Source: an uncultured Bacteroidales bacterium
GTDB taxonomy: Bacteria; Bacteroidota; Bacteroidia; Bacteroidales; VadinHA17
Length of the DNA stretch: 64,000 nt
NCBI GenBank assembly: GCA_963733455.1
Contig: CAVTDE010000002.1
Span: forward strand, 41,259 to 105,258
Direction: 5' to 3'
The number at the start of each line of letters is the position of its first letter. Position 1 is the first letter of the stretch. A model generated the notes under the pieces. That model saw only the letters and a list, made by a program, of their open reading frames with translations, had not been told where the DNA came from and made no database searches. Positions 10,468-21,446 of this stretch are shown one piece after another. A program made the translations under genes and the position numbers.

Positions 10468-10615
10468 CAGTTAATGTTGGAAATGAATACTTTGAACTGA
10501 AATTATTGAGATATAAAGGAAAAAATTAGACTGAGTTCCACATTTAAAACCCCTTTTTTATTTCCCCCAGTCCAATAACCCTGCCTACCGTCAGGCAGGC
10601 AGGCGGCTGGAAGGA

Positions 10616-11353
10616 TTATAGTTCCCGTATCTTAATATTTCTGAACCAGATATCATACCCATGATCCTGAAGCCCTATATAACCCTCCTTTGCAATACCT
10701 TCTGTAAAACCCGGAAAGGTTTTGAATTTGCTGTTAGCTACCATAGCATCCCATTCGGGAGTCCAAAGAGTATATTCGAGCACTTTAACACCGTTTTGGG
10801 TGTGGGTGACTTTGCCGTCTTTTACTGAAATTACAATTGTGTTCCATTCCCCGGCCGGCTTAACGGTTTTTGGATCAGCAGCTATGATATCATATAATGA
10901 TCCGGCCAGATGACTTGGGATTTTATTATCGGTCGCGTCGGCGTTATCGAGTATCTGAACTTCAGGCGCAGCGTAATATATCGGTTTGCCGGGCACCTCC
11001 CGAACGTTGAAGAATATGCCGGAATTTCCCATCTTGCTTGTTTTCCAGTCGACAGAAAGCTCAAAGTTTTTGAATTTCTTTGTTGCATAAATAATGTCCC
11101 CATCCGATCCCTGACCGGGTTTTTTATCAGGCGCAGTAAAGACCTTCATAGCATTATCTTCTATAGTCCAGTTCCTGGGCATCACAGTACCATTACACTG
11201 GCGCCAGCCTGTGAAATCCTTGCCATTGAATAATAGAGTCCATCCGTTTTTCTTCTCATTTGCGGTCAGGGTGTTGACCTTCTGTCCAAAAGCAGAGGTT
11301 GATAAAGCCATTGTGGCTATCAATGCCAGAGATAAAGCAATATTCTTTTTCAT
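10616..11353 (-). CDS. DUF1080 / 3-keto-disaccharide hydrolase family protein
   Basis: GWTLLFNGKD.TGW, GNSGIFF, EVQILD, GEWN and GYIGLQDHG motifs; signal peptide. Confidence 0.88.
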   Translation of the reverse strand: MKKNIALSLALIATMALSTSAFGQKVNTLTANEKKNGWTLLFNGKDFTGWRQCNGTVMPRNWTIEDNAMKVFTAPDKKPGQGSDGDIIYATKKFKNFELSVDWKTSKMGNSGIFFNVREVPGKPIYYAAPEVQILDNADATDNKIPSHLAGSLYDIIAADPKTVKPAGEWNTIVISVKDGKVTHTQNGVKVLEYTLWTPEWDAMVANSKFKTFPGFTEGIAKEGYIGLQDHGYDIWFRNIKIREL

Positions 11354-11607
11354 AGTATGTATTTATTAAAACTTTATGCAAAATAAGAAAAATAAATCAT
11401 TAATAAGTAATAAAGTTGCAATGAGTTTCAACCCCCCGAACCTCCATCTGGGGAGCTCGACTCTGTGGCTATCTTTATGTGACTAATAAACATATTTAAC
11501 AAAGAAGACCGGACATTATGAAATATGAATTTGCACGCTTAATTATGATTTATTATTGGTATTAATGGTTATGCCGAAAATAGTAGTCATTATTTTTCAA
11601 AAAAAGT

Positions 11608-11637
11608 TTTGTAACTACAATAATAGTCGTATATTTG
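11608..11637 (+). promoter_or_regulatory. putative blaI promoter (TTTG-N18-TATATTTG) with an internal imperfect palindrome ACTA-N6-TAGT as candidate operator
   Basis: Both Bacteroidota promoter boxes are present; BlaI/MecI repressors are known to bind palindromes in their own promoter. Confidence 0.5.
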
Positions 11638-11750
11638 GGGGAAGAAGAGGTAAACCAGGTTAGGAGTATGAGGGGTGAAGTTAAAATGCACCTCACCCCT
11701 TGCACTTCGCACCTCGCACTTCGCACCATTTATTAATTAAATTCTTAAAA

Positions 11751-12137
11751 ATGAAATCAATGCACCTGACAAAAGCTGAAGAGCAGATTATGCAGATCCT
11801 TTGGGACATGAAAACCGGGATTGTAAAAGATATCCGGGACAGGTTCGATGATCCCAAACCGGCTCGCAATACCGTCTCTACTGTGGTTAGAGTTCTGGAG
11901 AAAAAGGGATTTGTCGGACATAAAGCTTACGGCAACACACATCTCTACCGTCCTCTGGTTTCAAAGCAGGAATACTCCAAAAGCCAGCTTTTCGGCCTGA
12001 TGGAGGGCTATTTTAACAACTCATTTCCGGCCCTTGCTTCATTTTTTGCAAGGGAGAAGGACCTCACTGTCAAAGAACTCGAAGAAATTCTGGATAATAC
12101 CAAAAAGGAACTTAAGAAATCCAAAAAGAAAAAATAA
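11751..12137 (+). CDS. BlaI/MecI/CopY family transcriptional repressor
   Basis: LTKAEEQIMQILW, NTVSTVVRVLEKKGFV, YF.NSF..L..FF; start moved to the ATG at 11751. Confidence 0.9.
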   Translation: MKSMHLTKAEEQIMQILWDMKTGIVKDIRDRFDDPKPARNTVSTVVRVLEKKGFVGHKAYGNTHLYRPLVSKQEYSKSQLFGLMEGYFNNSFPALASFFAREKDLTVKELEEILDNTKKELKKSKKKK

Positions 12138-14260
12138 TGGAAGCTTTTGCTCTCTATTTTTTGAAGTCAGCAATCTGGCTGACAGGTATTGCACTTGTTT
12201 ACTTTCTATTTCTGAAGGATGAACGATTCTTCCTTCTGAAAAGAATTTACCTGATCGCGGGCATCCTGATTTCTTTTATTTTTCCGCTGGTAACAATTCA
12301 TTATCAGGTTGAACTTCCGGCGCCGGCTAGCGATACTTCCGATATAGCTAAGTTAAGCCAGGGTCTGGTAAATTCAGCTCAACAGGCAATTCCTGAAAGG
12401 ACATTTGATTATAAATATATCCTTTTATTCCTGTACCTGGCAGGCATTTTTTTCCTTGTTTTTAAATTGATAAAGCAATCTGTAGTCCTGCTGGGAAAGA
12501 TAAGGGAAGCAGGTATCGGCAGATCTGACAGGACAAAAATTATCAGGGCTCCTGAAGTCACCGGCTCCTTTTCATTTTTCAATTATGTATTTATCAATCC
12601 TTCACTAAATGAAACTGAGCTCAAAATCATCATAAATCACGAGCTGGTCCATGTACACCAAAAACACTGGTTCGATCTTTTGCTTGTCGAGTTGCTCCGA
12701 CTATTCCAGTGGGTAAATCCTTTTGCATGGATTTATACAGGATTTATAAAGCAGAACCATGAATTTATTGCCGATGAGGTGGCGTTGCAGCAAAGCTTCG
12801 ATCCTGCAGTATACAGGGCTGTGCTTGTGAACCAGATGTTAGGTACGAAGGTCATCAGCCTTTCGAATTCTTTCAATTATTCAGTTAATAAAAATAGATT
12901 TGACATGATGAAGAAAATAGTCACCTCACCTTACAGGAAGATGAAGATCCTTCTGGTTTTACCGGTTTTTGCTTTTGTATTCTATGCATTTGCTACTCCG
13001 GAGTATAAATATTCCGCCCCTTCTGAAAATAAAAACAAAATCGACAGTACTTCAAGTGCTGTCAACAATATTTTTACGAATTATGACCAGGTTCTGATCA
13101 CGGATCAGAAAACAGTGAAAGGTATTGTCCTGAAAGAAGACGGAAAACCACTTGCAGAGGTCAATATAACAAGTACAGGTACTATTGGGAACGCTTATTT
13201 TGCAACAACAGGTCTGGATGGGCGTTTTGAGATAAACAATGTCCAGCAGGATGCATCTCTTTTGTTCTCCTGCAGAGGATATAAAGGTCTGAGCCTCAAA
13301 CCCGTCTTTACGTCCGATATGACTGTAAAAATGGAAAAGGATGCGGACTACAAGCCACCGGTAGCTCAGCAGGATACGAAGTCTAATGCCATACAAAGAC
13401 AAGGTCCGCTTGTCGTTATAGATGGGATTGTTACTGAGAAATATTATTCTGACGCTGTTAAGGAGCTCGGATACAATATGGGCATAATCAAAAATATATT
13501 CGGTAAAGAAGCAACTGATAAATATGGAGAGAAAGGGGTAAACGGGGTCATGGAAATAACAACAAGGAAGAAAGCACTTGAGATGGGTCTTAAACCTCCC
13601 TTCCCAAGGATTTCGCCCGATGATTACCCTACCTTTCAGGGTCAAAGTTATTTAAGTTTTAACGATTGGGTTGGAGAACATGTGAAATATCCTGCTGAAG
13701 CCAGGGCAAAAACCCTTAACGGATGGGTCCAGGTGAATTTCATTGTTGAATTGGATGGGTCAATAAGTGATATAAAGCCTGTCGGTACCGTTGATCCTAT
13801 CCTGAGCGATGAAGTGATAAGGGTGATAAAGACCTCACCAAAATGGGAACGTCCGAAAAATCCCGCAGTTGATATGCCATTTAATTCAAGTGTTAATATA
13901 GGATTTAAATATCCGGACATGATAAACAAAGAGGCTCCTTTTGTTGTAGTTGAACAGATGCCTCAATATCCGGGTGGGGAAGGTGAAATCCTGAAATTTA
14001 TAGCAACCAATACCAAATATCCTGAGGAGGCAATAACTAAAAAAATCCAGGGTAAGGTTATTGTCAGATTTATCGTTAATACAGATGGGAATGTTGAAGG
14101 ATTGACAGTACTTAAAGGAGTCGATCCCCTGCTTGACAACGAGGCATTAAGGGTCGTCGGGATGTTATCCGGATTTCAGCCCGGAATGCAGGGAGGCAAG
14201 GCAGTTAATGTGTGGTATATGGTACCGGTGAATTTCGCCCTGGCTGAAGACAAACCTTAA
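12137..14260 (+). CDS. M56 (BlaR1-like) metallopeptidase fused to carboxypeptidase-regulatory-like, plug-like and two TonB C-terminal domains
   Basis: HELVH zincin motif then HWFDLL and NHEFIAD; two YP..A...G.V.V.FIV..DG TonB_C repeats; translationally coupled to blaI. Confidence 0.88.
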   Translation: MEAFALYFLKSAIWLTGIALVYFLFLKDERFFLLKRIYLIAGILISFIFPLVTIHYQVELPAPASDTSDIAKLSQGLVNSAQQAIPERTFDYKYILLFLYLAGIFFLVFKLIKQSVVLLGKIREAGIGRSDRTKIIRAPEVTGSFSFFNYVFINPSLNETELKIIINHELVHVHQKHWFDLLLVELLRLFQWVNPFAWIYTGFIKQNHEFIADEVALQQSFDPAVYRAVLVNQMLGTKVISLSNSFNYSVNKNRFDMMKKIVTSPYRKMKILLVLPVFAFVFYAFATPEYKYSAPSENKNKIDSTSSAVNNIFTNYDQVLITDQKTVKGIVLKEDGKPLAEVNITSTGTIGNAYFATTGLDGRFEINNVQQDASLLFSCRGYKGLSLKPVFTSDMTVKMEKDADYKPPVAQQDTKSNAIQRQGPLVVIDGIVTEKYYSDAVKELGYNMGIIKNIFGKEATDKYGEKGVNGVMEITTRKKALEMGLKPPFPRISPDDYPTFQGQSYLSFNDWVGEHVKYPAEARAKTLNGWVQVNFIVELDGSISDIKPVGTVDPILSDEVIRVIKTSPKWERPKNPAVDMPFNSSVNIGFKYPDMINKEAPFVVVEQMPQYPGGEGEILKFIATNTKYPEEAITKKIQGKVIVRFIVNTDGNVEGLTVLKGVDPLLDNEALRVVGMLSGFQPGMQGGKAVNVWYMVPVNFALAEDKP

Positions 14261-16695
14261 AACCCCGTCTTCAGAAATGCTGCCCTCACTGTCGGTGGAC
14301 ATGGTGAATCCAACCCCTTGATCGCACGCCAGATCACTTCATTGAACTGAAAATCATTGACCCTGTCTTCTGCAGTGAAATCAAACTGGTCGCTCAATTG
14401 CTGCCATTTGTTCTCCGCCATGTTTTTTTCATCAAGATTGATAAGGCATGGCTTTGCTTTAAACGCAGGATGGTTCGGTGCATTATCAAAACATCTCCAT
14501 AATGAATTCGATGCAGCATCATATTGTGTCATCGGAGGAAGCCCGAGTATAAGCTCCATCGTGCGTAACAGCGAAGTAGTCGTATACGGAGTATGGTCGA
14601 CGAAACCCTGTTTTACATACCCGCCTGCAAGGTATGCGGTACTCCGGTGGGCATCCACGTGGTCAGGACCGTTCTGTGCATCATCCTCCACAATAATTAC
14701 CAGGCTCTCTTTCCAGACAGGACTATGGCTCAGGTAGTCTATAAACATGCCTACGGCAAGGTCGTTATCTGCAACATGTGCAAATGGAGTCGGTTTCCTG
14801 AGACTCAAACCTTCAGTATGGTCATTTATAAAGCGTACGGTGTTTAACTTCGGAAGTGCATTTACAGTAAGGAGTGAGTCAAAATCCCGCTTCCACTGAT
14901 GGAACCTGACTGTGTCACGAACCGACTGTACCCATGGCGTGAAATAAGTGCAATAGTTTTTCTTCAAAACAGGGATTGTCGGACCGTCGTCACCCACAAA
15001 TTCGCCATATGTACGGAACGTAACTCCGTTACGAAAACAATTATCCCAGAGAAAGCCGTTCTTATTGTTTGCTGTTTCTCTTCCTCCCTCACCGGGATAA
15101 TCCCCGCCTCTGCCGCCATAGCTGCTTGGCCAGTTCTTTTCAAGATAATCGGTTGCATAACCACCCATTGTCCAGTTATGGCCATCTGCGCTTACTTCCC
15201 CGTTGACATAGAAATTATCGAGAAGTACAAATTCCCGCGCAATCGCGTGCTGATTTGGGGTTATGTTTTCGCCGAACAGGCAAAGATTACGATCACCGTT
15301 TCCTTCAGACATGTCCCCAAGCACCTGATCGTATGTCCGGTTCTCTTTAATTATGTAGAAAATATACTTTATCGGGGATGTGAGGCCAACTTTCCCGGGA
15401 ACAGGATTCCCTGCCGGCGCGTCAGCTGCAAGTTCTTTATCCTTTGTGTATGGAGTATTATTATAGACCGCTTTTGAAAAGATTCCCATCTGACGATCAT
15501 CAGGAGGAGATATAATGCTCAGGGTACCTTTAAAAAGTCCGGCAATATACTGCACTTTTATTTTTTGCTCTTTCCCGCCTTCCTGGTAAACGACCTGTTC
15601 ACCCTTTCTGGCAGGATTTGGTCCATAAGGATTTGGCATTGAAGTCATACCTTTTCCATTGCTTACAAGAATCTTTTTACCGGCAACCCTGACACATGAG
15701 GGATACCATCCCGTTGGTATGAACCCTTTGGCTTTGCTTTCACCCGGGGCACTTACATCAAAGACTGCCAGACAGTTATTATCTGCATTTGCAATATATA
15801 GAGTCTTTTGATCTTCACTTAAAGCAACACCATTGGTCGTTGAACCTGATGGTGCATCGGGATAAAGAGCGGTATTCAGCGTCTCAATTGCTTTCATCTG
15901 CTTTGTATCGATAACCGAAACATTGTTGTCGTTTGCATTGGCTACGAACAGGAATTGCCCGTTACGGGTGATGCACATATCATTTGGATTGTCGCCGACT
16001 GAAATAGTCCCGGTTATCTTTTGCTGGAAAGTATCAAAGACAACTACCTTGTCACATCCCCAACATGTAGCATACAGGAGTTTATGGTCGGGTGAGAGGA
16101 TACATGTATAGCCTTCTCCTCCCAATTGATGCTGTGAGACGATCTTTTTAGTCTGAAGGTCAATAACATAGAGAGTATTGTTTTCTTTCGTTACTGCGTA
16201 TAGCACTTTTTTTGCATCATCCACGGCAATTCCGGCTATGGAGATCCTCTCCGGCCACGGCTTACCGAACCGTATCGTATCGGCATTCGAAAGATGATCT
16301 TTATCTACTGAATATCTGATAATTATATTATCATTACCTCCGGATGCATACAAGGATTTATTGTCGGCTGAAAATGTAAGCCCAACCCATGACTTGCCAA
16401 TTGGGATTGTTTGTAAAACTGTTTCCTTTTTAATATCAATCAGATTGATCGACTGATCGCTCTGTCCGTTATTTGTAACAGCTGCGAGCTTCTGATCAGG
16501 TGAAACGGCAATATTAAGCGGAAGATCACCGAGGGTCAGTATTCTGCCAACAGGTGTAAGCTGCCAACCGTTAGGAAGCGATACACGCCCCGCTTCAATT
16601 TCATTTAAAGCCTGAGCTTGTAACTGAAAGGTCACGACTATCATTATGGCAGCCAGCAAAACTGACACTCTGTTCATTTTAAAGTTCGAATACAT
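14257..16695 (-). CDS. YncE beta-propeller / phosphoesterase (alkaline-phosphatase-like) fusion
   Basis: LGDLPLN and GFIPTGWYP propeller repeats; IKENRTYDQV, SADGHNW, EDDAQNGPDHVDAHRS motifs; the true start may be 16677. Confidence 0.85.
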   Translation of the reverse strand: MYSNFKMNRVSVLLAAIMIVVTFQLQAQALNEIEAGRVSLPNGWQLTPVGRILTLGDLPLNIAVSPDQKLAAVTNNGQSDQSINLIDIKKETVLQTIPIGKSWVGLTFSADNKSLYASGGNDNIIIRYSVDKDHLSNADTIRFGKPWPERISIAGIAVDDAKKVLYAVTKENNTLYVIDLQTKKIVSQHQLGGEGYTCILSPDHKLLYATCWGCDKVVVFDTFQQKITGTISVGDNPNDMCITRNGQFLFVANANDNNVSVIDTKQMKAIETLNTALYPDAPSGSTTNGVALSEDQKTLYIANADNNCLAVFDVSAPGESKAKGFIPTGWYPSCVRVAGKKILVSNGKGMTSMPNPYGPNPARKGEQVVYQEGGKEQKIKVQYIAGLFKGTLSIISPPDDRQMGIFSKAVYNNTPYTKDKELAADAPAGNPVPGKVGLTSPIKYIFYIIKENRTYDQVLGDMSEGNGDRNLCLFGENITPNQHAIAREFVLLDNFYVNGEVSADGHNWTMGGYATDYLEKNWPSSYGGRGGDYPGEGGRETANNKNGFLWDNCFRNGVTFRTYGEFVGDDGPTIPVLKKNYCTYFTPWVQSVRDTVRFHQWKRDFDSLLTVNALPKLNTVRFINDHTEGLSLRKPTPFAHVADNDLAVGMFIDYLSHSPVWKESLVIIVEDDAQNGPDHVDAHRSTAYLAGGYVKQGFVDHTPYTTTSLLRTMELILGLPPMTQYDAASNSLWRCFDNAPNHPAFKAKPCLINLDEKNMAENKWQQLSDQFDFTAEDRVNDFQFNEVIWRAIKGLDSPCPPTVRAAFLKTGF

Positions 16696-16720
16696 ATTTA
16701 TCTATTTATTTATACAATGG

Positions 16721-18601
16721 TTATCTGTTTTTTAAATCTTCCGGTTTCAATGTGATCAGGTGTCCTATCGGCTTGCCGTTCCTGTACGAAATAACCCGCA
16801 GTGTTATTGGTCCTCCGGTTGGAAGCTCAAAAGGTTTTGAATATTTTGGAGTGAATTCATCAGGCATTGAATCGTCAATGGTATAGTACACATCAAGACC
16901 GGGTGCTTCAGTCTCCATTTCAACGGTCATCTTCCCGTTTTGCATCCTGGTCATAATTATGGGATCATATATTGCTCTGGAGAAATTGATTTCTCCTATC
17001 TCACTCCTTGGAAACTGAGATTCGACCCTGTTAATAAAGTCGGGCCAGCTTTTCTTTTCGTTGGGCGACCACAGATCTTCTGCAATGGCCCATCCGCGGG
17101 GCCATGTCATGTATTCGGCATGTCTGAGGGTGACAACCTGTTCGGTCCAGAGGTTGGCCTGTCCCCCCAGTATATATTTTGCATCGACACCTTCCGGAAG
17201 CGGATTATAACTGTAACATTTCTGAAGGCGCAAACCTGCGTATAATACCGGTTCGATTGTCGGTTCACCCTGCTGATAATCGATATATGTGAAATCTGTT
17301 GGCGACATCACAACATCATGGCCCATCTTTGCAGCTTCGATGCCTCCGTTTATTCCACGCCAGCTCATTACGGTTGCTTCGGGTGAAATGCCTCCTTCGA
17401 GTATCTCATCCCAGCCCAGAAGCTTTTTACCCTTTGCCTTGAGAATTCCCTCAACGCGGTTCATAAAGTAACCCTGAAGATCCTCAATATGCCTGATGTT
17501 CAGCTTTTTCATCAAAGCCTGACACTCAGGATTCTCAGCCCAGTAACCTTTATAGCATTCATCCCCGCCGACATGAATATACTTTGCAGGAAACATAGCC
17601 GCTACTTCGGTAAGCACTTTATCAAGGAATTCATACACTTTTTCATCAGATGGATTAAGAGTATTATCTATAAGCATCTTAAAGGTACCGTTCCCATACC
17701 ATTCCGAAAATGCCGTACCCGGGTTCACCTTTGCATTTGGGTCTTTAGTACAGCTGAGCTCAGGATAAGATGCAACTGCAGCAAGACTGTGCCCCGGCAT
17801 TTCGATCTCGGGAATAATTGTAATAAAGCGATCCTGTGCATACTGAATAAGTTCTTTGATGTCGGCCTGAGTGTAGAAACCTCCTGTTGTTGCAGCTTCG
17901 CCAGGTTTGGGATCGTCACGCATGCCGAAGTGACCTGCCCGCGGAACCCGCCATGCTCCGACTTCGGTAAGCTTTGGCAACGACTTGATTTCAATACGCC
18001 AGCCATTATCGTCAGTAAGATGAATGTGAAAAGTATTGTATTTGAACCTCGAGATCTGGTCGATATATTCCTTAACTTCTTCCTTTGTAAAGAAGTTACG
18101 GGCAACATCGAGCATCATTCCACGCCAGGCAAACCGGGGATAATCGGTTATCTTTACTGCCGGAATTGTCCATGTTATCTTAACCGGAGTTTTGCTTTCA
18201 ATTTCCCCGGGAAGGAGCTGAAGAAGGGTCTGCATGCCGTAAAACAGCCCGGCCGGTTGATTGGCTGAGATAATAGCCCCATTTGAGGAAACTGTAAGTG
18301 TATAGCCTTCATTTCCCAGCTCAGGGTGAGGTGCTGTGTTCAGATTCAGCTGAATTGAACCGGATTTACCCTGTTGGGTTTTTATTGAATAACCCGAAGC
18401 CCTGTTTAACTTCTGAGCCAGCATGACGGCAATATTTCGGCTTTCCGGTGAGCTGTAACCTATTGTTGCTGAAGGAGAAAGCCTGAAACTTCCGGAGGCT
18501 TGCTGAACGTCAACCGGCTGGGGGATAAGGTTGAATTTACCGGTTTGTCCGTAAACTGTTGTCACTGCAAGAAGAAGCAGATAAAGAACAACTTTTTTCA
18601 T
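16721..18601 (-). CDS. GH20 beta-N-acetylhexosaminidase
   Basis: DYPRFAWRGMMLDVARNF, HLTDDNGWRIEI, PEIEMPGH, catalytic HVGGDE, GGQANLWTE. Confidence 0.93.
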   Translation of the reverse strand: MKKVVLYLLLLAVTTVYGQTGKFNLIPQPVDVQQASGSFRLSPSATIGYSSPESRNIAVMLAQKLNRASGYSIKTQQGKSGSIQLNLNTAPHPELGNEGYTLTVSSNGAIISANQPAGLFYGMQTLLQLLPGEIESKTPVKITWTIPAVKITDYPRFAWRGMMLDVARNFFTKEEVKEYIDQISRFKYNTFHIHLTDDNGWRIEIKSLPKLTEVGAWRVPRAGHFGMRDDPKPGEAATTGGFYTQADIKELIQYAQDRFITIIPEIEMPGHSLAAVASYPELSCTKDPNAKVNPGTAFSEWYGNGTFKMLIDNTLNPSDEKVYEFLDKVLTEVAAMFPAKYIHVGGDECYKGYWAENPECQALMKKLNIRHIEDLQGYFMNRVEGILKAKGKKLLGWDEILEGGISPEATVMSWRGINGGIEAAKMGHDVVMSPTDFTYIDYQQGEPTIEPVLYAGLRLQKCYSYNPLPEGVDAKYILGGQANLWTEQVVTLRHAEYMTWPRGWAIAEDLWSPNEKKSWPDFINRVESQFPRSEIGEINFSRAIYDPIIMTRMQNGKMTVEMETEAPGLDVYYTIDDSMPDEFTPKYSKPFELPTGGPITLRVISYRNGKPIGHLITLKPEDLKNR

Positions 18602-18613
18602 TTGTATGAATTT

Positions 18614-19519
18614 TTATTTTTGGGTAATCTTATTATGTCTCGTCTTAAGAACCTTTAATGCTCCTGACCTGATATTCACAACTGCATTTCCCGAAAACGT
18701 TACCGGTTCACCATCAATATGAAATCTGGTCTCATCGGTTTTGATTGTGATTTCCTTCCCGGTTTTAACACAAAGAACATACTTTGATTTGTGCATTTTT
18801 TTAGCAAACAGATGGTAAATAAAAACCGGGAATAGTATTTTAGGAAATGGTTTTATCATAACGATGTCCATCAGCCCGTCGTTGGGAACGGCTTGCGGTG
18901 CGATATAGGCATAATTTCCGAATTGCCTTGTATTTGCAATTGTAAGAACAAACAGCTCGCCTGAAAAGATAACTTCGCCGGGAATTGAAACGGTTACATT
19001 GAAGGGGCGAAGCTTGAAATAATTCAAAGCTGTAGCCCAGACATACGACCAGAAACCCCGTGCTTTAAGCTTGTTGAATGAGTGGGCGACAAAACTGTCG
19101 AGACCTACACCGGCAACATTGAGACACAGATTACCATTGATTTCCAGTACATCAATATCCAGACTCTCCTTTCGCTCAATATCCTTAAGAAGGGATTTTA
19201 TCTGAGGCCTGAAGCCAAGCTCTTTGGCAAAACCATTTCCTGATCCGATTGGAAGAACTCCCAGAAGCTTTTCTTTTCCAATAAGCTCCCTGGCAATTGT
19301 ATGAACTGTCCCATCGCCACCGGCAGCAACAAAGATTTCATATTTTTCAAAGTTCTGTTTTATAAGCGAACCCGACGCATCGATCGATAAAGATTTAAAG
19401 CAGGCCAATTCATGCTTGCGCCGGTCGAGTTCCTTCGAAATGATGAAATTGACAGGCGGAATCCCTGCATAAGGATTAAGGATGAAAAGAGCTTTATTAT
19501 TCCCTGAAGATTTTTGCAT
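18614..19519 (-). CDS. diacylglycerol/lipid kinase family protein (YegS/DAGK-like)
   Basis: NPYAG, AGGDGTVH, LPIGSGNGFA, NTRQFGN, DGL.D and HIDGE motifs. Confidence 0.9.
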   Translation of the reverse strand: MQKSSGNNKALFILNPYAGIPPVNFIISKELDRRKHELACFKSLSIDASGSLIKQNFEKYEIFVAAGGDGTVHTIARELIGKEKLLGVLPIGSGNGFAKELGFRPQIKSLLKDIERKESLDIDVLEINGNLCLNVAGVGLDSFVAHSFNKLKARGFWSYVWATALNYFKLRPFNVTVSIPGEVIFSGELFVLTIANTRQFGNYAYIAPQAVPNDGLMDIVMIKPFPKILFPVFIYHLFAKKMHKSKYVLCVKTGKEITIKTDETRFHIDGEPVTFSGNAVVNIRSGALKVLKTRHNKITQK

Positions 19520-19579
19520 AGAGGTATGCTATTCAGGGTAAAATTAATAAAATTTAGCAATCCAGCAGGGAGATAGTAT

Positions 19580-21205
19580 TTATTCCATAAACGGATATCT
19601 AAAATCAGTTGAAGGAATAAATGTCTCCTTAATAGTCCTTGGGCTTACCCATCTTCGAAGATTCAGATGACTCCCTGCTTTGTCGTTGGTACCCGAAGCT
19701 CTTGCTCCTCCGAATGGCTGTTGCCCTACCATAGCACCTGTAGGTTTATCGTTTATATAAAAATTTCCTGCAGCATACCGCAATGCTCTCCAGGCTTTGA
19801 GCATGGGATATTTATCACTGCAGAATATTGATCCTGTTAGGCCATATGGGGAGGTCTCATCGCAAAGCCTGAGAGTCTCTTCATATTGTGAATCGTTATA
19901 AACAAAAATCGACATTACCGGACCAAAAACCTCTTCCTCCATTGTTACAAAATGCGGATTTTGCGTGACAATCACAGTCGGTTCAACAAAATATCCCTTT
20001 GACTTATCCCCTTTGCCGCCTGCAATTATTTCAGCCTCATCCGATGAAGCAGCTTTATTTATGTAATTCATAATCTTATCAAACGCCGGCTCATCTATTA
20101 CTGCGTTGATTGTATTCCTGAAATCGGTGACATCGCCTGTTTTCATTCCTGACATCATTTCGAGGAGAAGGTTTTTTGTCGCAGGCCATAGTGATTCCGG
20201 GATGTAAGCACGGGTTGCTGCCGAGCACTTTTGTCCCTGGTATTCAAATCCTCCCCGGGCTATTGCAGATGCCAGCTCGCGGGGGGATGCTGAAGTGTGA
20301 GCGAAAATAAATCCTTTGCCTCCGGTCTCACCCACCAGTTTAGGATAGGATCTGTAATTGGTCAGATTATCAGTAACCTGCCGCCAGAGATTGTTAAAAG
20401 TAGTATTTGAGCCAGTAAAATGAATGCCCGCAAGCTCCCGGTGTTTCAATACCACACTGCTAATCAGCGATCCTATTCCAGGGACAAAATTGATTACGCC
20501 GTCGGGCAATCCGGCTTCCTTATAAACTTTCATCAGGTAATAATTTGAAAGCAGAGCGGTCGAAGCCGGTTTCCAGATTGTCGTATTGCCCATCAGAGCT
20601 ACGCTTGTACTTAAATTTAACGCAATGGCAGTGAAGTTGAACGGTGATACGGCAAAGACAAATCCCTCCAGAGGCCGGTATTCTATCCGGTTAATACTCT
20701 GGTTTCCGTAAGCCGGTTGCTCCCTGTAGATCAGGGAGGCAAAATAAGCATTAAACCGAAGGTAATCAATTACTTCACATGCAGAATCAATTTCAGCCTG
20801 ATAAACATTTTTCCCCTGCCCGAGCATCGTGGCAGCATTTATAAGGTACCTGTATTTGTTTGAGATAAGTTCCGCCGCTTTGATCATTATTGAAGCCCTT
20901 TCCATCCACGAAAGACTCATCCATTCACATCTGGCCTCAAGTGCGGCATCAATGGCCTGGGCAGCTTCCTTTTCGGTTGCCATGTGGTATGTTGCAAGTA
21001 TATGGTGATGCTCGGTAGGTTTGACAATAATTCCTGTGGTGCCCGTCCGGATCTCTTTGCCTCCTATTATCAGGGGGATGTCTATGACCTTGCTGCCCTG
21101 ATCGGTAAGCTCGGCCTCAAGATGTGCCCTTTCCGGACTTCCTGGGAAGTAGTTCAGGACTTGTTCATTCCTGGGTTCGCTGAAACTGTAAATTGCATTA
21201 TTCAT
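19580..21205 (-). CDS. pruA: L-glutamate gamma-semialdehyde (P5C) dehydrogenase
   Basis: ALDH motifs SPFNF, FTGS, ETGGK, EYQGQKCSA, EEVFGPV; QQPFGGARASGTNDKAGS. Confidence 0.93.
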   Translation of the reverse strand: MNNAIYSFSEPRNEQVLNYFPGSPERAHLEAELTDQGSKVIDIPLIIGGKEIRTGTTGIIVKPTEHHHILATYHMATEKEAAQAIDAALEARCEWMSLSWMERASIMIKAAELISNKYRYLINAATMLGQGKNVYQAEIDSACEVIDYLRFNAYFASLIYREQPAYGNQSINRIEYRPLEGFVFAVSPFNFTAIALNLSTSVALMGNTTIWKPASTALLSNYYLMKVYKEAGLPDGVINFVPGIGSLISSVVLKHRELAGIHFTGSNTTFNNLWRQVTDNLTNYRSYPKLVGETGGKGFIFAHTSASPRELASAIARGGFEYQGQKCSAATRAYIPESLWPATKNLLLEMMSGMKTGDVTDFRNTINAVIDEPAFDKIMNYINKAASSDEAEIIAGGKGDKSKGYFVEPTVIVTQNPHFVTMEEEVFGPVMSIFVYNDSQYEETLRLCDETSPYGLTGSIFCSDKYPMLKAWRALRYAAGNFYINDKPTGAMVGQQPFGGARASGTNDKAGSHLNLRRWVSPRTIKETFIPSTDFRYPFME

Positions 21206-21446
21206 AACGAAGTATTTTTTTTACACTGAGTCCGAAAGTCCTGCCTGCCATCAGGCAGGGAAAGCCCTGAGATCCACAGAGTTTAACTCTGTGTAAGTTT
21301 TTAAGACATCCAGTTAATTTCTAAACATATCCTGAATTGAAATGTTCACGAACTGATCTGATAAGAAATTTCCGGAATATGCTTTTTTATTGTAATTTGG
21401 ATTGACTTTTACTCATGACAAATTCTAAGACTACCATCTTATAAAA

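Noticed and set aside
13052-13645. Long antisense ORFs (e.g. 13052-13645, 14899-15477, 17489-18268, 45916-46527, 46792-47442)
   Set aside because: They are shadows of well-supported genes on the opposite strand and carry no motifs of their own.
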